DNA from: Candidatus Coprovivens sp.
Lineage (GTDB): Bacteria > Bacillota_I > Bacilli_A > RF39 > UBA660
DNA length: 64,000 nt
Assembly: GCA_051892935.1 (NCBI GenBank)
Contig: JBJFGS010000010.1
Span: 4,820 to 68,819 of the forward strand
Reading direction: 5' to 3'
Position numbers and translations under genes: made by a program. Position 1 is the first letter of the stretch, and each line of letters opens with the position of its first letter. Below are positions 27,848-36,375 of this stretch, piece by piece. Below the pieces are notes generated by a model. That model made no database searches. It was not told the origin of the DNA and saw nothing but the letters and a program-made list of their open reading frames with translations.

Positions 27848-28288
27848 TCATTTTTTTATAAATATCTTTGCGTAAAGGTCACAATGTAGTTCTTCTTTTT
27901 CTAATTCACATGTTAATCCTAAGTTATCATCGGCTATAAAACGAACTCTATTCTTTTCTTCATTGTACTCAACTGTTCCATATACTGAATAGTCTGTTAA
28001 AGTCAAGGTAAAAGTTGAATCTGATTTTATATTTATGATATATGGTGATGGATTTGAATCCTGACAAATATGATTACCATTTTCATCAATCCCAATAGGT
28101 AAACAATATTGTGTTCCATCTGCAACATATATACCAATTATTTTTGATATATCGTTTTTCTTTTCAACTTCTTTTTTTGATTCAGAATTAGAACAAGCAG
28201 TTATAATTGTTAAAAATATAAAACAAAATATTATATATTTTTTTTTTTTTTTAACATGACCATAATACATTATCATCTGAGTTAACAT
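27848..28288 (-). CDS. lipoprotein
   Basis: KKKKKYIIFCFIFLTIITAC|SNSE, with lipobox ITAC. Probable start at ATG 28270 or 28276. The 5' end overlaps the upstream gene and contains an A15 run. Confidence 0.7.
   Translation of the reverse strand: MLTQMIMYYGHVKKKKKYIIFCFIFLTIITACSNSESKKEVEKKNDISKIIGIYVADGTQYCLPIGIDENGNHICQDSNPSPYIINIKSDSTFTLTLTDYSVYGTVEYNEEKNRVRFIADDNLGLTCELEKEELHCDLYAKIFIKK
28238..28252. repeat. homopolymer T15 (A15 on the coding strand)
   Basis: Counted directly. Encodes the K5 n-region of the lipoprotein signal peptide and includes two bases of the upstream gene's TAA stop. Confidence 0.9.
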
Positions 28289-29171
28289 TATAGCATAGTC
28301 CTTTCATATTATCCCAATTGCTGTATGAAGTATTCCAGTCAAATACACCACCTATACCACTAGGAGAAAATGTAAAATTATGTGAAGTATTAAGGGAGAT
28401 ATCGGTTACAGCATGTTGATATGATACAAATACTTTTGGAGAATATTCACTTCCTTCAGTTCCATATACCCATAATTCATTTTTTAATCCACTACTTACA
28501 TCATTAATAATATTTTGAGAAATACTCACTCCTCTTCCGGATTTATCTATTTTCATATTAGTTCCTTTATATCCATAATTAATTACCTGTTCAGTGGTAG
28601 AGGTATTAGTTTTATAATACTGATATCCATTAGCGCTAGTTAAATTAAACCCAATATAATATACACCAATCGAATCAAATGATTTAATTGAAGGTATATT
28701 TTTCCAAGTATTTTGAACATATATCGTATATTTATTCGAACCTATTTCATCAGAATACACTAGCAGAAGTAATCTTTTATAATTAGTCTCCCAACAGTCT
28801 TGAGCCCATACGCTTATTGTACAATTTCCAACAATTGCTTTAGAATTAAGAGTTGAATTATATATTTTTTTAGAAACTTCTTTTGAAGTGATTTTAGAAA
28901 CTTTGCCGAGTTCATCATATGCTGTCGTGGTTTCTATATATATCGATTGTACATAGATTTTAGTTTTTACTTTTCCCATTTCGTCAAACCAATTAGGATT
29001 TATTCTAAACGTTTCTTCTTCATATAATTCTTGTATATTATTTGGTAATTGTTTTAACAATTCTTCTATTTGTGTTTTTTCTATATTTTCTAGTTCAGTA
29101 TTAGTTTCTGCATATACGGATTGAAATAGCAAAGAATATAGAATAATAATTAAATATATATTTTTTTTCAT
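28251..29171 (-). CDS. secreted hypothetical protein
   Basis: Signal peptide MKKNIYLIIILYSLLFQSVYA|ETN. AAGGAAAG RBS. No family recognised. Confidence 0.7.
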   Translation of the reverse strand: MKKNIYLIIILYSLLFQSVYAETNTELENIEKTQIEELLKQLPNNIQELYEEETFRINPNWFDEMGKVKTKIYVQSIYIETTTAYDELGKVSKITSKEVSKKIYNSTLNSKAIVGNCTISVWAQDCWETNYKRLLLLVYSDEIGSNKYTIYVQNTWKNIPSIKSFDSIGVYYIGFNLTSANGYQYYKTNTSTTEQVINYGYKGTNMKIDKSGRGVSISQNIINDVSSGLKNELWVYGTEGSEYSPKVFVSYQHAVTDISLNTSHNFTFSPSGIGGVFDWNTSYSNWDNMKGLCYNVNSDDNVLWSC

Positions 29172-29272
29172 AATAACTTTCCTTTTCTTTTATTTTTATT
29201 TATATTTTTTTAATTTTATTTATCATAACTCCTTTGTAAATGTGTACTTTTCTATTTATTTAATGTAATAAT

Positions 29273-30115
29273 TTACTGTAATGATTCTTCTATTTTTTCT
29301 TTTAAGAATTCGCTTGTTTCTGTACCAGAAATAGTTTTGGTGTTTATATCATAAATTAAATAATTCCAGTTATTATTCTTTTTAGTATGAAAAATAATTT
29401 CATTTTGCTTTTTATCAATATCGTAAAGCGCTCTTATTTCATATATATCATTTTTGTAATTATAGTATAAATAGTTTGTAAAAGAATTAACAGAGATATA
29501 TTCATTATCTGATACTTTTTTTGTTAAACATTTTTGACATTCGTGTAATGGATTATCTATATTTTTAAATCCTTCTTCTAATAACTTTTGTTGATATGTT
29601 ATTTTTTCTTGATAGTTATCATAGTATGAAATTGATAATTCTTTTTCTGAAGATATGGAGTTATTTTTAGGGTTAATTAATTTATCATTAGTTAAGATTT
29701 TTTTACAATTGATTTTTATTTCTTCGATTTGTAATATACCATTGTTTTGATAATAAATTAGTAAATATAAGTTTTTTGTAATGTCATTTGTTAAACTTTC
29801 ATTTATAACTTCTTCATAGCCATATGATTCAATATAATTTTCATTAATTGTATTACTTCTTAGTAGTAAATAATGCTCATTATTTTTTAAAATTGTTAAT
29901 TCGTAAAATAATATTTCTTCTTTTGATATTATATTGCTCTTGATATTCCCTAATTTTATAATGTTGTTTATATTTGATAAAACTAGCAAACCGTCTTCAT
30001 AAATAAAACTTTCACTTTGACCATTTAGCTCATAAATTTTAATATTTTTATAATTATTTATAAAATATGTAAATAGAATACAAATTAACAGACTTAGGAA
30101 AAGTATTATTGTCAC
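29273..30115 (-). CDS. membrane-anchored hypothetical protein coupled to the XRE regulator
   Basis: GTG start overlaps the regulator's TGA stop (GTGA). N-terminal TM MTIILFLSLLICILFTYFI. Confidence 0.6.
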   Translation of the reverse strand: MTIILFLSLLICILFTYFINNYKNIKIYELNGQSESFIYEDGLLVLSNINNIIKLGNIKSNIISKEEILFYELTILKNNEHYLLLRSNTINENYIESYGYEEVINESLTNDITKNLYLLIYYQNNGILQIEEIKINCKKILTNDKLINPKNNSISSEKELSISYYDNYQEKITYQQKLLEEGFKNIDNPLHECQKCLTKKVSDNEYISVNSFTNYLYYNYKNDIYEIRALYDIDKKQNEIIFHTKKNNNWNYLIYDINTKTISGTETSEFLKEKIEESLQ

Positions 30116-30396
30116 AATAAAATAATTTTTTTTAGCTTTTTTTCCTTGAAATCTATATATTCGGTTATTATTTTCTCTTCATTTTTATTTTTTTCTCCGT
30201 TTAATAATTCTATAACAGAAATATCTAATTCTTTACATAAGTTATGAAAAATCGAATAGTCAGGCATTCCACGACCATTTTCCCATTTTGAAATAGCTTT
30301 GTTTGTTACTCCTAATTTGTCCGCCAATTCTTGCTGAGTTAATTTTTTTTCATTTCGACATTTTAATATGAATTTACCTATTTTTTCTTGATTCAT
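30112..30396 (-). CDS. XRE-family HTH transcriptional regulator
   Basis: MNQEKIGKFILKCRNEKKLTQQELADKLGVTNKAISKWENGRGMPD. Close paralogue of the HTH in the gene at 1..611. Confidence 0.88.
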   Translation of the reverse strand: MNQEKIGKFILKCRNEKKLTQQELADKLGVTNKAISKWENGRGMPDYSIFHNLCKELDISVIELLNGEKNKNEEKIITEYIDFKEKKLKKIILL

Positions 30397-30497
30397 AACT
30401 TATCTCCTTACATACTTATTATATAATGGAATATATTTTATTGGTTCTACTAAACGTAGACATTATTGTTTTGAGTTTATATATTTCTACAAAAGCT

Positions 30498-30525
30498 CAA
30501 ATTAAAAGAAGGATTTCACCTTCTA
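30498..30525. repeat. 28-nt direct repeat, right copy (also a terminator hairpin on the minus strand)
   Basis: caaattaaaagaaggatttcaccttcta. 26/28 identical to 27776..27803. Confidence 0.8.
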
Positions 30526-30565
30526 GTTTGTTATATCTTTGATATTTTTTTCTTTTATTTTAATT

Positions 30566-30685
30566 TTATCCCCATTTTTTTAGTAAATCTTTAAGCTTGA
30601 ATTTAAATAAATATTCTTCATTATTTATTACATCATCTATTAGTTTTCTGTATTTTTCGCTAGTAGAGAGATAAAATATTTTCAT
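30566..30685 (-). other. 39-codon ORF (MKIFYLSTSEKYRKLIDDVINNEEYLFKFKLKDLLKKWG), possibly a gene fragment
   Basis: Hand translated. Preceded by broken short ORFs (MIRIDKILEYFQEI* and others) within the 495-bp spacer. Confidence 0.25.
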
Positions 30686-30859
30686 TTTGACTTATTTGTT
30701 TTAACATCTATTAAATAATCAAGAGATTTTTTTGTGCTATATGTCCATTTTCCAATTAATTAATGAAGATATAGTAAGCGTCAGCTATATTTCTTGAAAG
30801 TATTCTAATATTTTATCTATTCTTATCATTCTATAACTCCTTAGGAATTAGAATATCAT

Positions 30860-30890
30860 TTTAAATAAAAAGGAACATTTAGTTCCTTTT
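30860..30890 (-). terminator. intrinsic terminator after the G5-domain gene
   Basis: aaaaaggaac-attta-gttcctttt abutting the stop codon, followed by a T-run on the minus strand. Confidence 0.75.
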
Positions 30891-30891
30891 C

Positions 30892-31974
30892 TTACCATGT
30901 TCCGCAAACAAATCCATACTGCGTACATACTTCTTTAGTAAGAGGTGCGCTTCCTCCACTAGATCCAGCTCTTGAATCAAAAAGATATTTTTTTCCATTG
31001 ATTGTTCCTGTGAAGCTATATCCGTATTCTGTTAATTTAATTCTTGTCATTCCTAAATTTTTACAAGCTGAATTATTGTTCTTACATATTGCATAGTATG
31101 TTCCACTTATTTCAAGTGCACTAAATTCTGCTGTGTTTTCTGAAATATCACAAGATTTTCCATCTATTGCTTCGTCGAATAAACAAATAAATCCCATAGC
31201 GCTACCACCTGTTTTATCAGTATTTAGATTATAGTCTGCTCCACCTTTTTCAACTATTTTATTAACTGCTTCTTTGGTAGTTTTTTCACTTATTTTTTTG
31301 CGTGATATTTCTTCATTTGTTGTTCCATCATAAGTTACTTCATAAGTAATTTCTTTTTCACCATTTACTCCATCTTGAACAGTTTTGGTTGTTCCTTTAC
31401 CAAGGTTATTATTTACTTTAGTTGTTGTTTCAAATTTAATTGTTTTTGTTTCTGTTACTTCTTTAGTATATGGTAAAACTTCTTCTTTTAATTCTCCTTT
31501 TTCTTCAATAGTTACACCAACGTAACCAATTGGTGTCCCTTCATCTGTTGTAATTGCAATATTATGGTCACCAATTTCTAAATCTAGTTCAGCTATTTTT
31601 TCTTCTAGTCCTACTATAACTGTTTCACCATCTACTTCTTCAACTTTGAAATATCCTAAGAATATAGGCTCTGAATAAATCCATACAGCTACTATATCTC
31701 CTTTTTTCAACTTTTCTTGTTCTTTAAATACTATTTTGTCTTTTGTTACTTCCTTTACTTCAGCTTCTTCTAGTTTGCTTTTTAATTCTTTTGTATTCTC
31801 GGCTGGTGAAGATTTTGGTGGTTCTTTCTCCTCTAGAATTTGTTTTTCAGTTTTTTGTTCTTCTTTTGGTGATAAATCTTTTTTGTCATTTGTTCCCAAG
31901 ATTAAAAATGCTGCTACTATTCCTATAGCAATTAGTAATACTAATGATATTACCAAAATTTTTTTGTTTTTCAT
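30892..31974 (-). CDS. membrane-anchored G5-domain protein with Cys-rich C-terminal domain
   Basis: TM ILVISLVLLIAIGIVAAFLIL. G5-like TETKTIKFETTTKVNNNLGKGTTKTVQDGVNGEKEITYEVTYDGTTNEEISRKKISEKTTKEAVNKIVEKG. Confidence 0.7.
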   Translation of the reverse strand: MKNKKILVISLVLLIAIGIVAAFLILGTNDKKDLSPKEEQKTEKQILEEKEPPKSSPAENTKELKSKLEEAEVKEVTKDKIVFKEQEKLKKGDIVAVWIYSEPIFLGYFKVEEVDGETVIVGLEEKIAELDLEIGDHNIAITTDEGTPIGYVGVTIEEKGELKEEVLPYTKEVTETKTIKFETTTKVNNNLGKGTTKTVQDGVNGEKEITYEVTYDGTTNEEISRKKISEKTTKEAVNKIVEKGGADYNLNTDKTGGSAMGFICLFDEAIDGKSCDISENTAEFSALEISGTYYAICKNNNSACKNLGMTRIKLTEYGYSFTGTINGKKYLFDSRAGSSGGSAPLTKEVCTQYGFVCGTW

Positions 31975-32067
31975 ATTATACTCCTTTTCTATATTTTATA
32001 TTATACTATATAATTTTTTTTATTACATATTTTTATTCTATTTTTTTAAAAATTTTATTGCATAATA

Positions 32068-32096
32068 AAAAGATACCGAATTATTCAGTATCTTTA
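32068..32096 (-). terminator. weak hairpin at the rbfA 3' end
   Basis: aaagatac-(11-nt loop)-gtatcttt includes the stop codon. T-tract is poor. Confidence 0.35.
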
Positions 32097-32434
32097 TCAT
32101 TTATTTTGTTTAATATTCTTTCTATGTTGTCACCATAAGCAATTGATTTATCGTATTGAAATCTTATTTTAGGAGTATGTCTTATTTCGATACGATCAGC
32201 TATTTTTGTTCTTAAGTATCCAGCTGTATCATCATTAAGTTGTTTTTCCAATTCTTTTGTATCTTCATCTTTTAAGGTAGTAAAGTATACTTTAGCTAGT
32301 CCTAAATCGTTTGTTACTTCAACACCAGTTATAGTGATTGCTTTTAGTAGTGAATCATGAGCTTCTTGAGCACATATGGTACTTAGTTCTTGAGCTATTT
32401 GAGAACCAATTCTTTTTAATTTTATTTGATTCAT
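32081..32434 (-). CDS. rbfA: ribosome-binding factor A
   Basis: KRIGSQIAQELSTI...ITGVEVTNDLGLAKVYF...LRTKIADRIEIRHTPKIRF. Confidence 0.92.
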   Translation of the reverse strand: MNQIKLKRIGSQIAQELSTICAQEAHDSLLKAITITGVEVTNDLGLAKVYFTTLKDEDTKELEKQLNDDTAGYLRTKIADRIEIRHTPKIRFQYDKSIAYGDNIERILNKINDKDTE

Positions 32435-34545
32435 CTTTTTACCTCAACGCTTTCGTATACTTCGATTGTATCTCCAACTCTAATATCAGTATAGTTTTCT
32501 AAAGTTAGACCACATTCATAGCCTTTTTTGACTTCTCTAACTTGATCTTTTTCTCTTTGTAAAGTAGATATTTTAGTATCTGTGATTACAATTCCATCAC
32601 GAATTAATCTTGCTTTAGCATCTTTTTTACAGATACCATCTGTTACATAGGAACCAGCTATGTTTCCTACTTTAGAGAATTTGAATATTTTCCTTATTTC
32701 AACTTGACCTATTGTTTTTTCTTCAAATTCAGGATCAAGCATTCCTTTCATAGCTGCTTCCATGTCTTCAACTAGTTTGTAGATTATAGTATAAAGTCTA
32801 ATATCTACGCCGTATTCTTTAGCTATTTCTTTTGTACTATTTGAAGGTGATACACAGAATCCTAAGATTAAGGCATTAGAGGCTTGAGCTAGAACAACAT
32901 CACTTTCTGTAATTGTACCAATACCGCTTCTAATAACTTTAACTTTAACTCCATCTACATCTATTTTTTCTAAAGCATTTTTAACTGCTTCTTCTGATCC
33001 TTTAACATCTGCTTTTAGAACAACGTTAATTTCTTTTGTTTCTGAGTCTATTGAAGCAAATAAATTATCTAAAGTTAATGTAGTTTTTTGGAATTTTTGT
33101 TCACGAGCTTGGATAGAACGTTTATCAGCAATGTCTTTTGCTTGGCTTTCTGTTTCAAATGCCATGAATTTGTCTCCAGCTGAAGGTGTTTGTGATAAAC
33201 CTGTTATTTCAACTGGTGTAGAAGGACCTGCTTCGACAATTGAATTGCCCAAGTCATCTTTCATAGTTCTTACTTTTCCATAAGATGTTCCAACAACAAT
33301 AGGATCTCCAATACGTAGTGTACCATTTTGAATAAGTAGTGAAGCTACGCCTCCAATATTTTTATCCATTTTTGATTCTATTACAGTTCCTAAAGCATAA
33401 CGAGATGGGTTAGCTTTTAAATCTTGCATTTCAGCAATTGCTAGAAGTGTTTCTAGTAGTAAGTCTATTCCTTGACCAGATTTTGCTGAAATATCCACAA
33501 ATGGAATATTTCCTCCCCATTCTTCTGGAGTGATGTTTCTTTCTGCCATTTCGGTTCTAATTTTATCTGGATGAGCGTCTGGTTTATCTATTTTATTTAC
33601 CGCAACAACTATCGGAACATTAGCTGCTAAAGCATGATCTATTGCTTCTTCTGTTTGAGGCATTACGCCGTCGTCAGCTGCTACTATAATAATTACGATG
33701 TCTGTTATACTAGCTCCACGAGCACGCATTTCTGTAAAGGCAGCATGTCCTGGGGTATCAATAAAGGATAGTTTGTGTCCTTTATGTTCTACTTGGTATG
33801 CACCAATAGCTTGAGTGATTCCGCCATATTCAGAATCAACTATTTTACTTTTTCTAATTGTATCAAGAAGTGTTGTTTTACCATGATCAACGTGTCCCAT
33901 TATAGTAATTACTGGTGGACGTTGTACTAAGTCTTCTTCTCTATCGTTAGCAACGAATTCTTCAAAGTTTGAAACGTCTTGTGTTTCTTCTTTCTTAAGA
34001 TTTTTATTGTAATCTAATACGATAACACTAGCTGTTTCATAATCAATAACGTTACTTAGGCTTAACATTAAACCTAGGCCCATAACTTTTTTGATTATTT
34101 CAGTTCCGCTTACTCCTAGAGCATCGGCAAGTGCTTGAACAGACATTCCTTCTTTGTATAATATAACGTTATCTTCGGTTGCATTTGTCATTAGTTTTTC
34201 TTTATGTTTATACATGTCTTTTCTTTTTGACATATATTCATCTTTTGAACTTTGTAATTGACTTTTCTTTTTTAACTTTTGTTTTTTATTATCTGGAGTA
34301 AATGTCTTATCTAAGTTATTTGCTTCAACTAAGTCTTCAACAACTTCATCCATTGCATCTTCATCTTCATAATCAGTTTCTTCTGCTGTACTTATTAAAT
34401 TAATTGTATTATCTAGAATAATGATATCATCTTCTGTTAAGTCATCATCACCACTTTGTACCTTTATTCCTAATTCATTACATTTTTTTAGAATTTCGGC
34501 AATGGAATGGTTTGTATCGTTTGCGTATTCTTTTACTGTCATCAT
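32431..34545 (-). CDS. infB: translation initiation factor IF-2
   Basis: G-domain [29 protein letters not shown]. 704 aa. Confidence 0.96.
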   Translation of the reverse strand: MMTVKEYANDTNHSIAEILKKCNELGIKVQSGDDDLTEDDIIILDNTINLISTAEETDYEDEDAMDEVVEDLVEANNLDKTFTPDNKKQKLKKKSQLQSSKDEYMSKRKDMYKHKEKLMTNATEDNVILYKEGMSVQALADALGVSGTEIIKKVMGLGLMLSLSNVIDYETASVIVLDYNKNLKKEETQDVSNFEEFVANDREEDLVQRPPVITIMGHVDHGKTTLLDTIRKSKIVDSEYGGITQAIGAYQVEHKGHKLSFIDTPGHAAFTEMRARGASITDIVIIIVAADDGVMPQTEEAIDHALAANVPIVVAVNKIDKPDAHPDKIRTEMAERNITPEEWGGNIPFVDISAKSGQGIDLLLETLLAIAEMQDLKANPSRYALGTVIESKMDKNIGGVASLLIQNGTLRIGDPIVVGTSYGKVRTMKDDLGNSIVEAGPSTPVEITGLSQTPSAGDKFMAFETESQAKDIADKRSIQAREQKFQKTTLTLDNLFASIDSETKEINVVLKADVKGSEEAVKNALEKIDVDGVKVKVIRSGIGTITESDVVLAQASNALILGFCVSPSNSTKEIAKEYGVDIRLYTIIYKLVEDMEAAMKGMLDPEFEEKTIGQVEIRKIFKFSKVGNIAGSYVTDGICKKDAKARLIRDGIVITDTKISTLQREKDQVREVKKGYECGLTLENYTDIRVGDTIEVYESVEVKR

Positions 34546-34576
34546 ATTACCTCACCTCTCACTTTCTTTATTTTTA

Positions 34577-34831
34577 TTAATCAACTAATTTTAACATTTC
34601 TTCGTATATTGTATCTGGTATTTCTACTTCTAGAACTCTTTCAAGAGTCTTTGTCTTTTGAGCTTTTTTTATTACTTCAGCATTTTTTTTTAAATATGCA
34701 CCTCGACCATTAGCTTTACCGGTTAAATCAACTGATACGTTACCTTCTTTATCGCGAACTACACGAAGTAAATCTTTTTTTAGTGTTTTTTCTTTTGTTA
34801 TAACGCATGTTCTTTCAGGCATTTTTTTCAT
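34577..34831 (-). CDS. ylxR: YlxR/RnpM (DUF448) RNA-binding protein
   Basis: PERTCVITKEKTLKKDLLRVV...GRGAYL. Positioned between nusA and infB. Confidence 0.88.
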   Translation of the reverse strand: MKKMPERTCVITKEKTLKKDLLRVVRDKEGNVSVDLTGKANGRGAYLKKNAEVIKKAQKTKTLERVLEVEIPDTIYEEMLKLVD

Positions 34832-34846
34832 TTAAATACCTTCTTT

Positions 34847-35998
34847 CTAGTTATTTCCTTCGGCATTAACTTGGTCTAGAGTTTTAACTTCTATTTTATA
34901 TTTTGTTAATTTAGATGCAAGTTTAATATTTGTACCTTTTTTACCAATTGCTAATGATAAGTTTTCATCATTAACTATAGCTAATGCTTCTTTCTTCATT
35001 GGATCTGTTATAGTTACAATTGCATCTTTAGCTGGACTAAGAGCATTTTTGATATATTCTTCAGGATTTGAACTATATAAGACAATATCAACTTTTTCTC
35101 CATTTAATTCTTTCAATATAGATCCTATACGTGAACCTCTTTCACCAATACATGCTCCGATTGCATCGATTTTTTCTTCAGTTGATTCAACAGCAACTTT
35201 ACTTCTAATTCCAGCTTCACGAGCAACAGCATGTAGAATTATAGTTCCATCTGCTAATTCTGGAATTTCTGATTCAAATAATCTTTTTACAAAACCATAG
35301 TGTTTTCTTGAAAGAAGAATAAGAGGTCCTTTAGTATTAGCTTCAACTTTTGTAACGTATACTCTGATATTAGAACCCATTTTTACTTCTTCACCTGGAA
35401 TCATTTCTGATTTAGGAAGAATACCTCTAGTACGACCTAGTTCTACATAGTAGTTTCTTGAGTCTTCCATTGCTAGTGTTCCAACTAGCATTTCATCTTG
35501 TTTATCAGAAAATTCATCTATAATAGAGTTTTTCTCAGCTTCTCTTATTTTTTGCATGATTACTTGTTTAGCAGTTCCTGCTGCTACACGACCAAAATCT
35601 TTTGGTGTAACTTCTTTTTCGATTCTTTCTCCTACTTCGATAGTTGGATCTAATTCGCGAGCTTCTTCTAATAGTATTTGAGCATCGATATTTATTTCTG
35701 GTGGTACATCTATTTCATTTCCTTCTTCATCAATAATAGTATCGCCTTCATCTATTTCATCAACTACGATATAATATGACATTACTTTTATTTCACCAGT
35801 TGTTCTATTAATGTCTACTCTAACATTTGTTTTAGAACCAAAATTTTTCTTATATGCTGTTGCTAGAGCAAGTTCCATAGCTTCAAAAACTACATCTTCT
35901 GATATTTCTTTTTCAGCTACAATACTTTTAACAGCTTTGATGAATGCAACTGGATCCATTTGGCCAGTTTCTTCAACAGTATTTTTCTTTCTTGCCAT
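34847..35998 (-). CDS. nusA: transcription termination/antitermination factor NusA
   Basis: NTD, S1 and two KH domains (GACIGERGSRIGSILKEL; LAIGKKGTNIKLASKLT). Confidence 0.95.
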   Translation of the reverse strand: MARKKNTVEETGQMDPVAFIKAVKSIVAEKEISEDVVFEAMELALATAYKKNFGSKTNVRVDINRTTGEIKVMSYYIVVDEIDEGDTIIDEEGNEIDVPPEINIDAQILLEEARELDPTIEVGERIEKEVTPKDFGRVAAGTAKQVIMQKIREAEKNSIIDEFSDKQDEMLVGTLAMEDSRNYYVELGRTRGILPKSEMIPGEEVKMGSNIRVYVTKVEANTKGPLILLSRKHYGFVKRLFESEIPELADGTIILHAVAREAGIRSKVAVESTEEKIDAIGACIGERGSRIGSILKELNGEKVDIVLYSSNPEEYIKNALSPAKDAIVTITDPMKKEALAIVNDENLSLAIGKKGTNIKLASKLTKYKIEVKTLDQVNAEGNN

Positions 35999-35999
35999 T

Positions 36000-36257
36000 T
36001 TATTCCTCTCCTTTTTCCTTACTTACTATATCTAAGATGTATGAATCATCTATTAAATCTAATTCATCAATTATTGGGTTTATTACTTCAGTTGCTGCTA
36101 CGATAGTATCTAAATCAATACCATTAACTTTGTCTAACTCAATTCTCAAGAAATTATAATTACCTTCTGTTTCATATTTTACTGAATCAACAATAATGTC
36201 CATTTTTTTCATTGGATCAGTAATTGCATCTCTTATAGCTTCTAATATTTTGTTCAT
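36000..36257 (-). CDS. rimP: ribosome maturation factor RimP, short form (N-terminal domain only)
   Basis: 85 aa. ...NYNFLRIELDKVNGIDLDTIVAATEVINPIIDELD. Stop is 1 nt before the nusA ATG. RimP is usually ~150 aa. Confidence 0.7.
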   Translation of the reverse strand: MNKILEAIRDAITDPMKKMDIIVDSVKYETEGNYNFLRIELDKVNGIDLDTIVAATEVINPIIDELDLIDDSYILDIVSKEKGEE

Positions 36258-36270
36258 GATTCACCTCTTT

Positions 36271-36304
36271 AAATAATAATAAAAGTGGGATATTACGCCC
36301 ACTT
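36271..36304 (-). promoter_or_regulatory. terminator-like hairpin in the rimP-nusA leader (candidate attenuator)
   Basis: Minus strand AAGTGGG-cgtaatat-CCCACTT followed by TTTATTATTATTT. Lies between the promoter and the rimP RBS (AAAGAGGTGA). Confidence 0.6.
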
Positions 36305-36319
36305 AAATCTGATACCTAG

Positions 36320-36347
36320 ATTATATCATAAATTTTAAAATATGCAA
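36320..36347 (-). promoter_or_regulatory. sigmaA-type promoter of the rimP-nusA-infB operon
   Basis: TTGCAT, 16 nt (with TGa extended -10), TATAAT. Confidence 0.65.
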
Positions 36348-36375
36348 CTTATTACGCATAAATATGCTGTTTTTT

